Part shown: piece after piece, positions 44,280 through 54,376 of the stretch | Layout: every line of letters begins with the position of its first letter | How positions within the stretch are numbered: position 1 is the stretch's first letter | Assembly: GCA_026991135.1 (NCBI GenBank) | Contig: JALXCD010000086.1 | Location: forward strand, 1-58,241 | Length of the DNA: 58,241 nt | Reading direction: 5' to 3' | Origin: Deltaproteobacteria bacterium | GTDB lineage: Bacteria > Desulfobacterota > Dissulfuribacteria > Dissulfuribacterales > QOAL01 | Translations under genes and position numbers: made by a program | The notes under the pieces: generated by a model | The model's input: the letters and a program-made list of their open reading frames with translations, nothing else | Told to the model about the DNA's origin: nothing | Databases searched by the model: none

Positions 44280-44801
44280 TTAGTTCCCCTGATTCTTATT
44301 ATTCTCGGCTTGCTCCAGGGATTTGCTGTCAAGGATTATTAAGAGCCTACTTTCAAGTTTACATACCTGATCTACATATTTGAGGTTTATTCCCTCTATC
44401 ATATCAGGTGGGGGACTGATTTTATCTTTTGGTATGGACATGACATCCCCAATTTCTTCGACAAGAAGGCTTACAGGTTCTTCCCTATTACCCATGATGA
44501 CATTATGTAGCTCTTTTTTTTCCGAAACCTTAAAGTCCTTGGCACTTAGCCCTATTCTCTTAGCTAGATCTATTGCAGTAAGTATCTGCCCCCTTAAGTT
44601 TACAACTCCGGATACATATTCAGGTGCCATTGGAACAGGCGTTATGTCAAGGGCCTTGTTTATTTCTATTACATCATCAATTGGAAGCCCAAAAAAGTGT
44701 TTGCCATAATGAAAGGTCACGAATTGGGAAGTGTCAGAAATAGACATTTCTACAAGATTTTTTTCTCCCTCGACAGGTAGATTGTTATTTTCCTGGACCA
44801 T
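44280..44801 (-). CDS. cheW: Chemotaxis coupling protein CheW
   Basis: 173 aa. QFVTFHYGKHFFGLPIDDVIEI and VVNLRGQILTAIDL are typical CheW motifs. Confidence 0.9.
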   Translation of the reverse strand: MVQENNNLPVEGEKNLVEMSISDTSQFVTFHYGKHFFGLPIDDVIEINKALDITPVPMAPEYVSGVVNLRGQILTAIDLAKRIGLSAKDFKVSEKKELHNVIMGNREEPVSLLVEEIGDVMSIPKDKISPPPDMIEGINLKYVDQVCKLESRLLIILDSKSLEQAENNKNQGN

Positions 44802-44813
44802 TATAAAACCTCC

Positions 44814-47516
44814 TTAGGCTGCGTTGGCTAAAGATTTTTCTTTTAAAAGTGTAGCTACAGAAGAAAGAACTTGGTCTCTATCTAATTTGGCCTGGTAATC
44901 ATCAACACCAGCTTCGAGTCCCTTTTGTCTATTTTCTTCACCTGAAAGGGATGTCACTGCAATAATTGGAACGTCCTTGTTATTGCTTTCGTTTCTTATC
45001 TTTCGAGTTAGATCAAATCCATTCATCTTTGGCATTTCAATGTCAGTTATTACAAGGTCAATATGTTCAGTTTGAAAAAGTTCCCATGCCTTTGCTCCGT
45101 CCTCTGCTTCAAGGACTTCGTATCCAGCACCGGTTAGATAAGAAGATAAAAGATTTCTATAAAAAGTTGAGTCTTCTGCCAAAAGTATTCTGGCAGTTTC
45201 TATTCCGGTTACGTCATCTTGGATAAAGAAATCAGGGTCATGCATGGATATTATTTGATAAACATCTAAAAAAAGAGTTGTTCTTTCCTTGATAATGGCA
45301 GAGCCAAGGATTCCTTCCTGTTTGAAAGTCCCCTCCTCTACATCAATGGCAAGGTCTAGGCTGTCGTCAATTTCAGACACCATAAAGGCAATATCTTTTT
45401 CATTCATGTGAAACACAATTAAATGATATTCGTCTTGTTCAGGTAATGGAGATATGGGTAAATAATTTTCAAGGCGAATAATGGGCATTGAGTGGCCTCT
45501 ATATTGAACTACCTCTTTTCCGCCAACGTATTCAATGTCAGATGCCTTTATCTTGTCAAGTCTATTTACAAGGGCTAGAGGAAGGGCAAAGTATTCATTT
45601 GGACCTATTGTGCAAAGAAGTAGAAATTGATGATCTTCTTCACCATCTTTTCCTGTTACAATAGTTGTTTCCTTCATTCCCTCTTCCCCTGCAGTTGCAG
45701 AAGAGGTTATACCTACAACGTCAAGTATTAGTGCCACCTTCCCATCTCCCATAAGAGTAGTACCTGCAAATATTGGTATGTGTTTTAGATGGCTTCCAAG
45801 AGGTTTTACAACTATTTCTTCCGAGTCACTTATAGAATCAACAACAAGGCCAAAAAGGTGCCCCCCAGCATTTAGCACTACAATATTCATACCTTCCGAT
45901 GAATTTTTCTCTTCCTCATCTTCTTGGAAACCAAGAACTTTTCTAAGTCTAACAAGGGGGAGTATTTCACCCCTTAATCTGTAAAATTCCGAATTTCCAA
46001 TCTTTTGGACATCTCTTTCAACAAGCTTTGGATTAAGGTGGACAAGTTCCACAAGGTTCACCTGGGGAATAGCGTATCTTTGTCCTCCACTGGTAATTAT
46101 TAGTGCTGGAATAATGGCAAGAGTAAGAGGAATTTTTATCTTTATGGTTGTGCCTACATCCTTTTCGCTATTTAACTCGATTGTGCCTCCGAGTTTTTCA
46201 ATATTAGTCTTAACTACATCCATTCCGACCCCACGGCCAGAAATATTGGTGACCTTTTCTGCAGTAGAAAAGCCAGGTTGAAAAATGAGCATGAGGGCTT
46301 CACGTTCACTTAAAGCCTCAGCCTGTTCTTCAGTTAAAAGTCCTTTTTCAACCGCCTTTTGCCGTATTTTATTCGGGTCTATACCTGCTCCATCATCAAC
46401 TATCTCAATTATGACTTGGCCTCCTTCGTGATAGGCCTTCATTACAAGGGTACCAACAGGGGGCTTTTGTTTTTGAACCCTTATATCTGGAGATTCAATC
46501 CCGTGGTCGATAGAGTTTCGAACCATATGGGTCAGGGGGTCCTTGATGCTTTCAATTATTGAACGATCAAGTTCTGTTTCAGCACCTTCTATCCTTAATT
46601 GCACCTTTTTTTCAGCAGCCTTGGCAAGATCCCTTACTATCCTAGGAAATTTGTTAAAGACATTTCCAATGGGCTGCATCCTGGTCTTCATGATGCGCTC
46701 TTGAAGCTCAGTAACTACAAGGCTCATTCGCTGATTGGCAGTTAGAAATTCTGGGTCATTCAGTTGATTTGCAAGCTGAGTGAGTCGATTTCTTGAAAGA
46801 ACTAGCTCGCCTGCAAGGGTCATTAACTGATCAAGAAGATGGACATCTATCCTTACATGGCTTTCAGTTAGATGGGCAGTAGTTGGAGGGGCCTTCCGAA
46901 CCGGCTTAGAAGAAGGTTTTTTATCATCTTTTTTCTTTATAGAATCTTTGGATTCTGTCTGTTTTGTTTCATCCTGTTCTTTTTTTAGTCTCTCTTCTTC
47001 TTTCTTATCTTCCCCATTTTCCTCCTCTTTTTTGTCTATTTCTTTTGCTTCTTTTTGTTCAGAGGCTTCCTCTTTTTCGGTTTCACCCTTTTCTTTTTGT
47101 TCATCCTTGACTCCAGCCTCTTTTGCTATCTTTTCAGCAAAATTTCTAAGATCCACTATGAAATCAAGGTATTCTGTATCCACAGGCTCCTTGCCAGTGG
47201 CCTCAAGCTCTGCAAGGATGGCCTTAATATAGTCAACAGACTGGAGAAGCACAGTGGTTATGTCTTCATTTACCTTTACAAGGCCATCCCTCAGCTTTGA
47301 GAGTATATCTTCGGCAAAGTGTGCAATCCCTTCAAGGGTGGTAAATCCAAAAAAACCAGATGTGCCCTTGATAGTATGAATGGTTCTAAATATGGATTTA
47401 ATAAGTTCTTCATTTTCTGGATCTTCTTCAAGCTCAACAAATTGCTGATCCAAAAGCTCCAAGTTTTCTTTTGATTCTGCCAAAAAATCTTTTAGGATAT
47501 CGTCTTCCATACCCAT
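44814..47516 (-). CDS. cheA: Chemotaxis histidine kinase CheA with an extra CheW-like domain and C-terminal receiver domain
   Basis: 900 aa. Hpt FRTIHTIKGTSGFFG, a K/E-rich linker (about nt 46870-47130), a dimerisation region, HATPase (DDGAGID, GRGVGMDVV), a P5 CheW-like domain, a second CheW-like region, and REC (ILLAEDS...LVITDIEMPKMNGFDL). Confidence 0.92.
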   Translation of the reverse strand: MGMEDDILKDFLAESKENLELLDQQFVELEEDPENEELIKSIFRTIHTIKGTSGFFGFTTLEGIAHFAEDILSKLRDGLVKVNEDITTVLLQSVDYIKAILAELEATGKEPVDTEYLDFIVDLRNFAEKIAKEAGVKDEQKEKGETEKEEASEQKEAKEIDKKEEENGEDKKEEERLKKEQDETKQTESKDSIKKKDDKKPSSKPVRKAPPTTAHLTESHVRIDVHLLDQLMTLAGELVLSRNRLTQLANQLNDPEFLTANQRMSLVVTELQERIMKTRMQPIGNVFNKFPRIVRDLAKAAEKKVQLRIEGAETELDRSIIESIKDPLTHMVRNSIDHGIESPDIRVQKQKPPVGTLVMKAYHEGGQVIIEIVDDGAGIDPNKIRQKAVEKGLLTEEQAEALSEREALMLIFQPGFSTAEKVTNISGRGVGMDVVKTNIEKLGGTIELNSEKDVGTTIKIKIPLTLAIIPALIITSGGQRYAIPQVNLVELVHLNPKLVERDVQKIGNSEFYRLRGEILPLVRLRKVLGFQEDEEEKNSSEGMNIVVLNAGGHLFGLVVDSISDSEEIVVKPLGSHLKHIPIFAGTTLMGDGKVALILDVVGITSSATAGEEGMKETTIVTGKDGEEDHQFLLLCTIGPNEYFALPLALVNRLDKIKASDIEYVGGKEVVQYRGHSMPIIRLENYLPISPLPEQDEYHLIVFHMNEKDIAFMVSEIDDSLDLAIDVEEGTFKQEGILGSAIIKERTTLFLDVYQIISMHDPDFFIQDDVTGIETARILLAEDSTFYRNLLSSYLTGAGYEVLEAEDGAKAWELFQTEHIDLVITDIEMPKMNGFDLTRKIRNESNNKDVPIIAVTSLSGEENRQKGLEAGVDDYQAKLDRDQVLSSVATLLKEKSLANAA

Positions 47517-47534
47517 ATGCCATCTCCTTAGTTT

Positions 47535-48350
47535 TTACGTTTTTTGCCAACAAGTAGCCCGGCCAAAGGTTCTTCTTTTCATATTTGTTGGAAGACCGAC
47601 AGGTGTTTCTGTGGCTCCCAAAAATAAATAACCGCCTGGATTTAATACCTTGACTAGTTTGTTAAGTATCGCCTTTTTGGTTTCCTGATCAAAATAGATT
47701 AGGACATATCTGCACATAATTACATCTATGTTATTTATGCCGATCAAGGGCCCCATAAGGTTTAGTTTTTTAAACCTTATCATCTTCTTTAATTTTGGAT
47801 CGATCATCCAAAAGGCCCCTTGTTGCTTGAAATATTTGATAAGAAGCTGTATAGGAAGCCCTCGGTTTACTTCAACCTGGGTAAATCGCCCGTCTCTACC
47901 TTTGTCTATGGCCTGTTGTGAAATATCAGAGGCAATGATTTCCCTTCTCCAAGTCTTTATGTTTGGGAAATGTTCTTCAAGAATAATTGCTATGCTATAT
48001 GGCTCTTGGCCAGTAGAGCAGGCCGCACTCCAAAATTTAAGTTGCTTTTTGGATTTTCTGACCTCAATGAGCTCAGGGATTATGTTGCTTTTTAAGGCCT
48101 CAAAGGGATGCTGATCCCTAAAAAAATAGGTCTCATTGGTAGTCATGGCCTCAATTATTTGTTCCTTGAGCTTAGGGGTGGGATTGAATTTTGCCTTTTT
48201 ATAGAGTTCATTTATGTCCTTCATCCCAAGGACCCTGGCAAGCTCATTGAGCCTACTTTCCAGTAGATACTCCTTGCCCTTTGTTAGAGCTATTCCACTT
48301 GACTCCTTAACCAGTGTAGAGAAGAACCGGAACTGTTCCGGGTTAATCAT
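47535..48350 (-). CDS. cheR: Chemotaxis protein methyltransferase CheR
   Basis: 271 aa. TNETYFFRD motif and SAM-binding FWSAACSTGQEPYSIAI. Confidence 0.9.
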   Translation of the reverse strand: MINPEQFRFFSTLVKESSGIALTKGKEYLLESRLNELARVLGMKDINELYKKAKFNPTPKLKEQIIEAMTTNETYFFRDQHPFEALKSNIIPELIEVRKSKKQLKFWSAACSTGQEPYSIAIILEEHFPNIKTWRREIIASDISQQAIDKGRDGRFTQVEVNRGLPIQLLIKYFKQQGAFWMIDPKLKKMIRFKKLNLMGPLIGINNIDVIMCRYVLIYFDQETKKAILNKLVKVLNPGGYLFLGATETPVGLPTNMKRRTFGRATCWQKT

Positions 48351-48378
48351 TGTTCTATCTACCTCGCTTTTCTACTGA

Positions 48379-49494
48379 TCAAAACTTATGTCCTGATAGC
48401 TCAAGAATGGTTGAAGTTATATTTCCTAAGGGCACAACCCTGTCTGCAAGACCTGCATCAGTAACAAATTTAGGCATGCCCCATACGACACTAGTTTGCT
48501 TGTCCTGGGCAATGACTATAGAGCCGGCCTGTTTCAATGCCCTGGCACCATTAAGTCCATCTTGCCCCATTCCCGTAAGTACTGTTGCAATCACCCTGTC
48601 TTTATATGTTGCGGCAAGGGAGCGAAAAAGGACATCAACTGCTGGCCTGCAACTATTTTCTGGAGGTCCCTGGTTTAGCTTAATTTTGTAGTTTTTATCT
48701 TCTCTTTTAACTTCCATGTGATAATCTCCAGGGGCAATGTAAACAGTGCCACCTTGAACCAACGTGTTGTCCTTTGCCTCAACTACCTTTAGCTTTGATC
48801 TTTGATCAAGTCTTTGAGCTAACTGTGCTGTAAAGACAGGCGGCATGTGTTGTACAATAAAAATGGGTAATCTGAAATTTTTTGGAAATTTGGGTATAAT
48901 TTCGTTCAGGGCGTTTGGACCACCAGTTGATACACCTATCCCTATGGCTTCTATACGCTTGCCCTTAAGTGTCTTGACTCTTAGTGGTCTTTCTGAAGAA
49001 GTAACTTTTTGATGAGTTTCAGGTTTTGATGATTTTAATTTAATAGTTGAGGGTGCCTTTTTTTGAATTGGAACCCTTACTGTTTTCAAGTGCCCGTTTC
49101 CAAGGGCTTCTACCTTTGGAATAAGTATCTCTTGTATGGTCTTAACGCTTTTTGAAAAGGCACCCGTGCCAGTTGGTTTTGGAACAAAATCTGTAGCACC
49201 GCGTGAAAGGGCCTCCAGGGTGGTCTTTGCACCTTGGCTTGTAAGGGTTGAAAACATTATTACTGTGGTTTTAAGGTGTTGCCTTTTTATTTCATCCAGA
49301 GTGGAAAGCCCATCCATTTCAGGCATTTCTACATCTAGAATGGTAATATTCGGCCTAAGAATTCTTATCTTTTTTAATGCTTCTTTTCCATTGGTAGCAG
49401 TTCCAACAACCCTTATATTGGGCCTTTTCCCAATGGCTTCCTGAAGTATCTTTCTAAATACCACTGAATCATCTACAATTAGGACTTTAATCAT
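48379..49494 (-). CDS. cheB: Protein-glutamate methylesterase/response regulator CheB
   Basis: 371 aa. REC (VLIVDDS...ILDVEMPEMDG) plus methylesterase triad contexts GVSTGGP, VQHMPP and GMGQDG. Confidence 0.92.
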   Translation of the reverse strand: MIKVLIVDDSVVFRKILQEAIGKRPNIRVVGTATNGKEALKKIRILRPNITILDVEMPEMDGLSTLDEIKRQHLKTTVIMFSTLTSQGAKTTLEALSRGATDFVPKPTGTGAFSKSVKTIQEILIPKVEALGNGHLKTVRVPIQKKAPSTIKLKSSKPETHQKVTSSERPLRVKTLKGKRIEAIGIGVSTGGPNALNEIIPKFPKNFRLPIFIVQHMPPVFTAQLAQRLDQRSKLKVVEAKDNTLVQGGTVYIAPGDYHMEVKREDKNYKIKLNQGPPENSCRPAVDVLFRSLAATYKDRVIATVLTGMGQDGLNGARALKQAGSIVIAQDKQTSVVWGMPKFVTDAGLADRVVPLGNITSTILELSGHKF

Positions 49495-49862
49495 AGTCCA
49501 AGAACCATCCTTACCTTTTCTTCAAGCATTTCTGGAGTAAATGGTTTCATAAGATATTCATTGGCTCCAGCCATAACTGCCTTAATCACATTTTCCTGCT
49601 GATTTTCTGTGGTTACCATCATGACCTTTGTATCATTCCATTCGGGCCTTTTTCTTATTTCCAAAAGGCAGTCATAACCTTCCATCTCGGGCATGTACCA
49701 ATCAAGAAGGATCAGGTCAAAAGGTCCTTTTTCTTTTATTTTGTTTAGGGCATCAACACCATTTTCTGCCTCTTCTATCCTTTCAAAGGAATTCATCTTC
49801 TTAAGGCCGGCCTTAACTATGTTACGCATTGACTTAGAGTCATCTACAACTAATGCCTTCAT
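49491..49862 (-). CDS. cheY: Single-domain response regulator CheY
   Basis: 123 aa. LVVDDSKSMR, LLDWYMPEMEG, MVTTE and LMKPF. 4-nt overlap with cheB. Confidence 0.9.
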   Translation of the reverse strand: MKALVVDDSKSMRNIVKAGLKKMNSFERIEEAENGVDALNKIKEKGPFDLILLDWYMPEMEGYDCLLEIRKRPEWNDTKVMMVTTENQQENVIKAVMAGANEYLMKPFTPEMLEEKVRMVLGL

Positions 49863-49907
49863 AAAAGTGACCCCTGGAGTTGTGTTTTTTAAAACTTTTC
49901 AATGTCT

Positions 49908-49934
49908 ATATCGAAAAATTAGCCAAATTCATTA
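49908..49934 (-). promoter_or_regulatory. Weak sigma-28 (FliA/SigD)-like promoter match upstream of cheY
   Basis: On the minus strand: TAAT, 15-nt spacer, TTCGATAT. The remembered consensus is TAAA-N15-GCCGATAT/A. The -10 element ends about 46 nt upstream of the cheY ATG. Confidence 0.25.
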
Positions 49935-50029
49935 AGCCTTTATGAGATAAATTTTTAAAACTCCTTGAGCGGAGAAAAAAAATGGGCTAAGACAAGGCAA
50001 CAAAATTGGAAATGAAAAGGTGAGACCTT

Positions 50030-52906
50030 ATGGATTATAAAGATACCCTCAATCTTCCAAGGACAAAGTTTCCAATGAAGGCAAATCTGAGTCAGAAAGA
50101 GCCTCAGATGTTAAAAAAGTGGGAAGAGTTGCGTCTTTATGAGAAACTTTTGGAAAAGGGTAAAGATAGAGAAAAGTTTATCCTTCACGATGGCCCTCCC
50201 TATGCAAACGGACATTTGCATCTTGGTCATACTGTTAACAAGGTCTTAAAAGACATAATTGTAAAATACCGACTGATGTCAGGGTATCATGCGCCTTACG
50301 TCCCTGGATGGGACTGTCATGGACTTCCAATTGAACACAATGTTGAGAAAAAGCTTGGCTCAAAAAAGAGCCAGATGGATAAGCTTGCCATAAGACTAGA
50401 ATGCAGAAAATACGCCAAAAGATTTGTTGATATACAAAGGGAAGAATTTAAAAGGCTTGGTGTCATAGGAGACTGGGAAAACCCATATCTGACTATGAAT
50501 TATGATTATGAGGCCTCCATTGCAAGGGAATTTTGTAATATTTTTTTAAAGGGGTATGTGGTTAAAAGTACCAAGCCTGTTTATTGGTGCCCGACCTGTG
50601 TGACAGCCCTTGCAGAGGCAGAAGTTGAATATGCACCTCATACGTCTCCATCAATTACAGTAAGATTTCCATGTGGTGACGATCTGAAAGACTGGTTAAA
50701 AAGGAATATAAAAGGGGATGTCTCTGTTTCAGATTCCTATATCCTGATTTGGACTACCACTCCCTGGACACTGCCGGCAAATAGGGCCGTTGCCCTTCAT
50801 CCCGATCTTCCGTATCTGGTTGTAAAGGTGTCCAGGAATGAGCTTAACAGTTGTGAATCTATTGGCACCAAAGGTGATTATGAATTGTGGATTGTAGCTG
50901 AAGGAAGACTTCAGGCCCTTCTTTTAAGTCTTGGTCTTGAGATAACACAGGTTGAAATTCTATATGAATTTTCTGGATCTGACATCGAAGGGCTTTTGGT
51001 AAAGCATCCCTTTATAGATAGATTGAATCCAGTAATAAATGCCGACTACGTAACCCTTGAAAGTGGAACAGGAATTGTCCACATAGCTCCTGGTCATGGT
51101 GCTGAAGACTATGAAAGTAGCAGAAAATATGATCTAGAAATCTATTCTCCTGTTGATGACAGGGGTTTTTTTACAAAAGAGGTCCAGCATTTTTCCGGTG
51201 AAAATATATTCAAGGCAAATCCTCTCATAATTAATCATTTAAAAGAAAAGGGTGCCTTGGTCCATGTTGAAGAATTAAGCCATAGCTATCCTCACTGCTG
51301 GCGTTGTAAAAGGCCTGTCATTTTCAGGGCCACAGCCCAGTGGTTCATCTCTATGGAAAAGAATGACCTTAGAAAAAGAGCTCTGGAGGCCATAGACAAT
51401 GTAAAATGGATTCCATCATGGGGAAGAGATAGAATTTATCTCATGGTTGAGGGGCGTCCTGACTGGTGTATTTCAAGGCAAAGGGCCTGGGGTGTTCCAA
51501 TAACTGTTTTTATTTGTGAATCTTGTGGGCAACCCAATCTCACTAAAGAGGTAAGGGATAAAATAATAGAAAATTTTAGGAAAGAAGGGGCAGATTCCTG
51601 GTTTTCCAAGCCCGTTTCAGAATTTTTGCCAGAAGGTTTTAGGTGTCAAAATTGTGGTGGCTCAGATTTTCAAAAGGAAGAAGACATTCTTGATGTCTGG
51701 TTTGATTCAGGCGTAAGTCATGCAGCTGTATTGGAGGAAAGAGACGAGCTTTCATGGCCGGCAGATATGTATCTTGAAGGCAGTGACCAGCACAGAGGCT
51801 GGTTTCAAAGCTCTTTGTTGACAGCTGTTGCCACTAGAAAGAATGCTCCTTACAGACAGGTTCTTACCCACGGTTTTGTAGTGGATGGTAAGGGGAAAAA
51901 GATGTCTAAGTCTGTGGGAAATGTAATTCCTCCTGAAAAGCTCATAAAAAGATATGGGGCGGAAATTTTAAGGCTCTGGGTAAGTGCTGAAGATTATAGA
52001 GATGATATCAAGATTTCAGATGAGATACTTCAAAGGCTTACAGAGGCCTATAGAAAGATCAGAAATACGGTGAGATATCTTTTGAGCAATATTTCAGATT
52101 TTAACTATGAGACCGACAGGGTGGAATTAAAAGAGCTTGAGCCTATAGATAGATGGGCACTTTGGAAGACATCCAAGGTCATGGAAGCCATTCAAAGGGG
52201 TTATGATGAATATAGGTTTCACGTGGTATTTCATAAGCTTCGAGAGTTTTGCACTGTTGATCTTAGCGCCCTTTATCTGGATATATTGAAGGACAGGCTT
52301 TATTGTGAGCTAAGGGAAGGCCATGCTAGAAGGTCAGCTCAGACTGCCCTTTATCTAATTTCAAGGGCTCTTATCATAAATATGGCACCAGTATTATCCT
52401 TTACTGCAGACGAGGCTTGGTTTCATCTTACAGGCCAGAACAATGCGTCTGTTTTTTTTGAAAGCTTTCCTAAATTTCCAGATGGATTGCTGACAAAGGA
52501 AGAGGAACAGTTTTGGGAAGCTATTTGGACTATTAGAAATGAAGCGACAAAGGCACTGGAGCTTGCAAGAAATGAAAAACGAATCGGTCTTGCCCTTGAT
52601 GCCAAGCTTCTTTTAAAAATTCCAGATGAGCTTGGTTTAAAAAAAGATGAGACTCTTTCAGAACTTTTAAAGATGGTTACTATAGTTTCACAGCTTGAGA
52701 TTGTAGAGGAATTTGATAAAGAACAGATTGAAGGAGGTCATATCTGGAATAGCGAAGATATTAAGGGACTTTCCTGCCTAGTGCTTAAGGCAGAAGGCCA
52801 GAAGTGTCAAAGATGTTGGCAATGGAGCACTTATGTTGGTACAGATGAAAGGTTTAATGACGTTTGTGAAAGGTGTGCCAGGGTGCTCTCTGACATGAAT
52901 CTTTAA
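50030..52906 (+). CDS. ileS: Isoleucine-tRNA ligase (type 1, with C-terminal zinc-binding Cys pairs)
   Basis: 958 aa. HIGH motif PYANGHLHLGH and KMSKS motif GKKMSKSVGN. Editing (CP1) region and C-terminal CQRCW...CERC. Confidence 0.95.
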   Translation: MDYKDTLNLPRTKFPMKANLSQKEPQMLKKWEELRLYEKLLEKGKDREKFILHDGPPYANGHLHLGHTVNKVLKDIIVKYRLMSGYHAPYVPGWDCHGLPIEHNVEKKLGSKKSQMDKLAIRLECRKYAKRFVDIQREEFKRLGVIGDWENPYLTMNYDYEASIAREFCNIFLKGYVVKSTKPVYWCPTCVTALAEAEVEYAPHTSPSITVRFPCGDDLKDWLKRNIKGDVSVSDSYILIWTTTPWTLPANRAVALHPDLPYLVVKVSRNELNSCESIGTKGDYELWIVAEGRLQALLLSLGLEITQVEILYEFSGSDIEGLLVKHPFIDRLNPVINADYVTLESGTGIVHIAPGHGAEDYESSRKYDLEIYSPVDDRGFFTKEVQHFSGENIFKANPLIINHLKEKGALVHVEELSHSYPHCWRCKRPVIFRATAQWFISMEKNDLRKRALEAIDNVKWIPSWGRDRIYLMVEGRPDWCISRQRAWGVPITVFICESCGQPNLTKEVRDKIIENFRKEGADSWFSKPVSEFLPEGFRCQNCGGSDFQKEEDILDVWFDSGVSHAAVLEERDELSWPADMYLEGSDQHRGWFQSSLLTAVATRKNAPYRQVLTHGFVVDGKGKKMSKSVGNVIPPEKLIKRYGAEILRLWVSAEDYRDDIKISDEILQRLTEAYRKIRNTVRYLLSNISDFNYETDRVELKELEPIDRWALWKTSKVMEAIQRGYDEYRFHVVFHKLREFCTVDLSALYLDILKDRLYCELREGHARRSAQTALYLISRALIINMAPVLSFTADEAWFHLTGQNNASVFFESFPKFPDGLLTKEEEQFWEAIWTIRNEATKALELARNEKRIGLALDAKLLLKIPDELGLKKDETLSELLKMVTIVSQLEIVEEFDKEQIEGGHIWNSEDIKGLSCLVLKAEGQKCQRCWQWSTYVGTDERFNDVCERCARVLSDMNL

Positions 52907-52920
52907 AGGGGCATAAAAAG

Positions 52921-53517
52921 GTGGAAGAGACAAGTTTTAGCGACAAGCTTAGAAAGATTTTTGAACCAATACTCCTTCCAAGTGCCCGTTTTCTTGGAAA
53001 ACTGGGTCTCACCCCAAACATGCTTTCAATAATAGGGATGTTTGCCTATATATTAGCTGCCATATTGCTGGCCCTTGGGCATCCAGTAGCTTGTGCAGTA
53101 GTACTTATTCTTTTTGGTCCCCTGGATGTCCTTGACGGGACGCTGGCAAGAGACAGCGGTCTTGAAACGGACTATGGCGCTTTTTTGGATGCTACTCTTG
53201 ATAGATATGAAGAATTTTTTATCTATTGCGGACTCTTATACTACATGATGGATAGCTTAAAAGACGGGCCTATTTCTGCAGTTTTGGTACTTACTGCCCT
53301 TTCTGGTTCTTATTTCGTAAGTTATACAAGGGCCAAGGCAGAGGCCCTGGGATATGAGTGCAGTGTAGGCATTCTTACAAGATTTGAAAGGATTGTTCTT
53401 TTCATTTTTGCCATACTCACAGGATGGATAAATCCAATCCTTGTCATAATTTCTATCTTTTCCTTCATTACTACCATACAGCGAATGGTAGTTGTTGCCA
53501 GGCAGGCACGGACGTGA
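52921..53517 (+). CDS. CDP-alcohol phosphatidyltransferase family protein
   Basis: 198 aa with a GTG start. Complete motif DGTLAR-x8-G-x3-D-x3-D in DVLDGTLARDSGLETDYGAFLDATLDRYEE. Multiple TM helices. Confidence 0.85.
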   Translation: MEETSFSDKLRKIFEPILLPSARFLGKLGLTPNMLSIIGMFAYILAAILLALGHPVACAVVLILFGPLDVLDGTLARDSGLETDYGAFLDATLDRYEEFFIYCGLLYYMMDSLKDGPISAVLVLTALSGSYFVSYTRAKAEALGYECSVGILTRFERIVLFIFAILTGWINPILVIISIFSFITTIQRMVVVARQART

Positions 53518-54374
53518 AAAAAGATAAGGGAATTTTTTACGTAGTTGCCACCCCTATAGGAAATTTAAAGGATATTAGTCTAAGGGCCATTGAGACATTA
53601 AAAAGTTGTTCTATCATTGCTGCTGAAGATACCCGGAGGGCTTCAAAACTTCTAAATTTTTTAGAAATCCGAGCAAAAATAATAAGCTGCCATGAATACA
53701 ATGAGTTAAAGCGACTTAATTTGATTCTCGAAACTGTAAATTCAGGAAAAAATGTTTGTTACCTGACAGATGCTGGCAGTCCTGGCATTTCAGACCCTGG
53801 TGCAAAGCTTGTAAGCGCCCTTAGAAGAGAAGGAATAAATATCTTGCCGGTTCCAGGTCCTTCTGCAGTGTCTTGTGCCTTAAGTGTGAGTGGTATTCAG
53901 GCAAACGCCTATTTTTTTGGTGGTTTTTTACCAACAAAGGATAACGAAAAAAGGCAATTTTTTAAATTCATTAAGGGGATGAATATTCCAGTTGTCATAT
54001 TTGAGGCGCCTCATAGGCTAAAAGAGTCCCTAAAATTAATGCTTGAACTTTTGGGTGATATAGAGATTTTTTTTGCTAGGGAGATGACAAAAAGGTTTGA
54101 GGAATATCAATTAATTCCTTTATCAGTCCTTCTAAAAAGTCTGGAGCCAAAGGAGGTCAAGGGTGAGATAACACTGGTTTTACCTCCAATAAAAACAAAT
54201 GCTAAAAAAGAAGCTGAAGACACTGAAGAAATTAAAGAATTTTTGAAGGTAATTTTAGGTAAGAAAAAAATGGGCACAAAGGCCTTAAGTAAGATGTTTT
54301 CAAAGGTCTTTTCCATACCATCTGGGAAGATTTATGAGTTATTGTTGGAGTTAGAAAGGGAAACTGAAAATTAG
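53514..54374 (+). CDS. rsmI: 16S rRNA (cytidine1402-2'-O)-methyltransferase RsmI
   Basis: ORF track starts at 53424, inside the previous gene. The GTG at 53514 gives a GTGA start/stop overlap and the N-terminus KKDKGIFYVVATPIGNLKDISLRAIETL...AAEDTR typical of RsmI. Confidence 0.87.
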   Translation: MKKDKGIFYVVATPIGNLKDISLRAIETLKSCSIIAAEDTRRASKLLNFLEIRAKIISCHEYNELKRLNLILETVNSGKNVCYLTDAGSPGISDPGAKLVSALRREGINILPVPGPSAVSCALSVSGIQANAYFFGGFLPTKDNEKRQFFKFIKGMNIPVVIFEAPHRLKESLKLMLELLGDIEIFFAREMTKRFEEYQLIPLSVLLKSLEPKEVKGEITLVLPPIKTNAKKEAEDTEEIKEFLKVILGKKKMGTKALSKMFSKVFSIPSGKIYELLLELERETEN

Positions 54375-54376
54375 TC

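Noticed and set aside
46948-47232. A Ser/Phe-rich 94-aa ORF with striking low-complexity repeats on the plus strand.
   Set aside because: It is the reverse-complement reading of the Lys/Glu-rich linker of cheA. The repetitiveness is explained by that linker.
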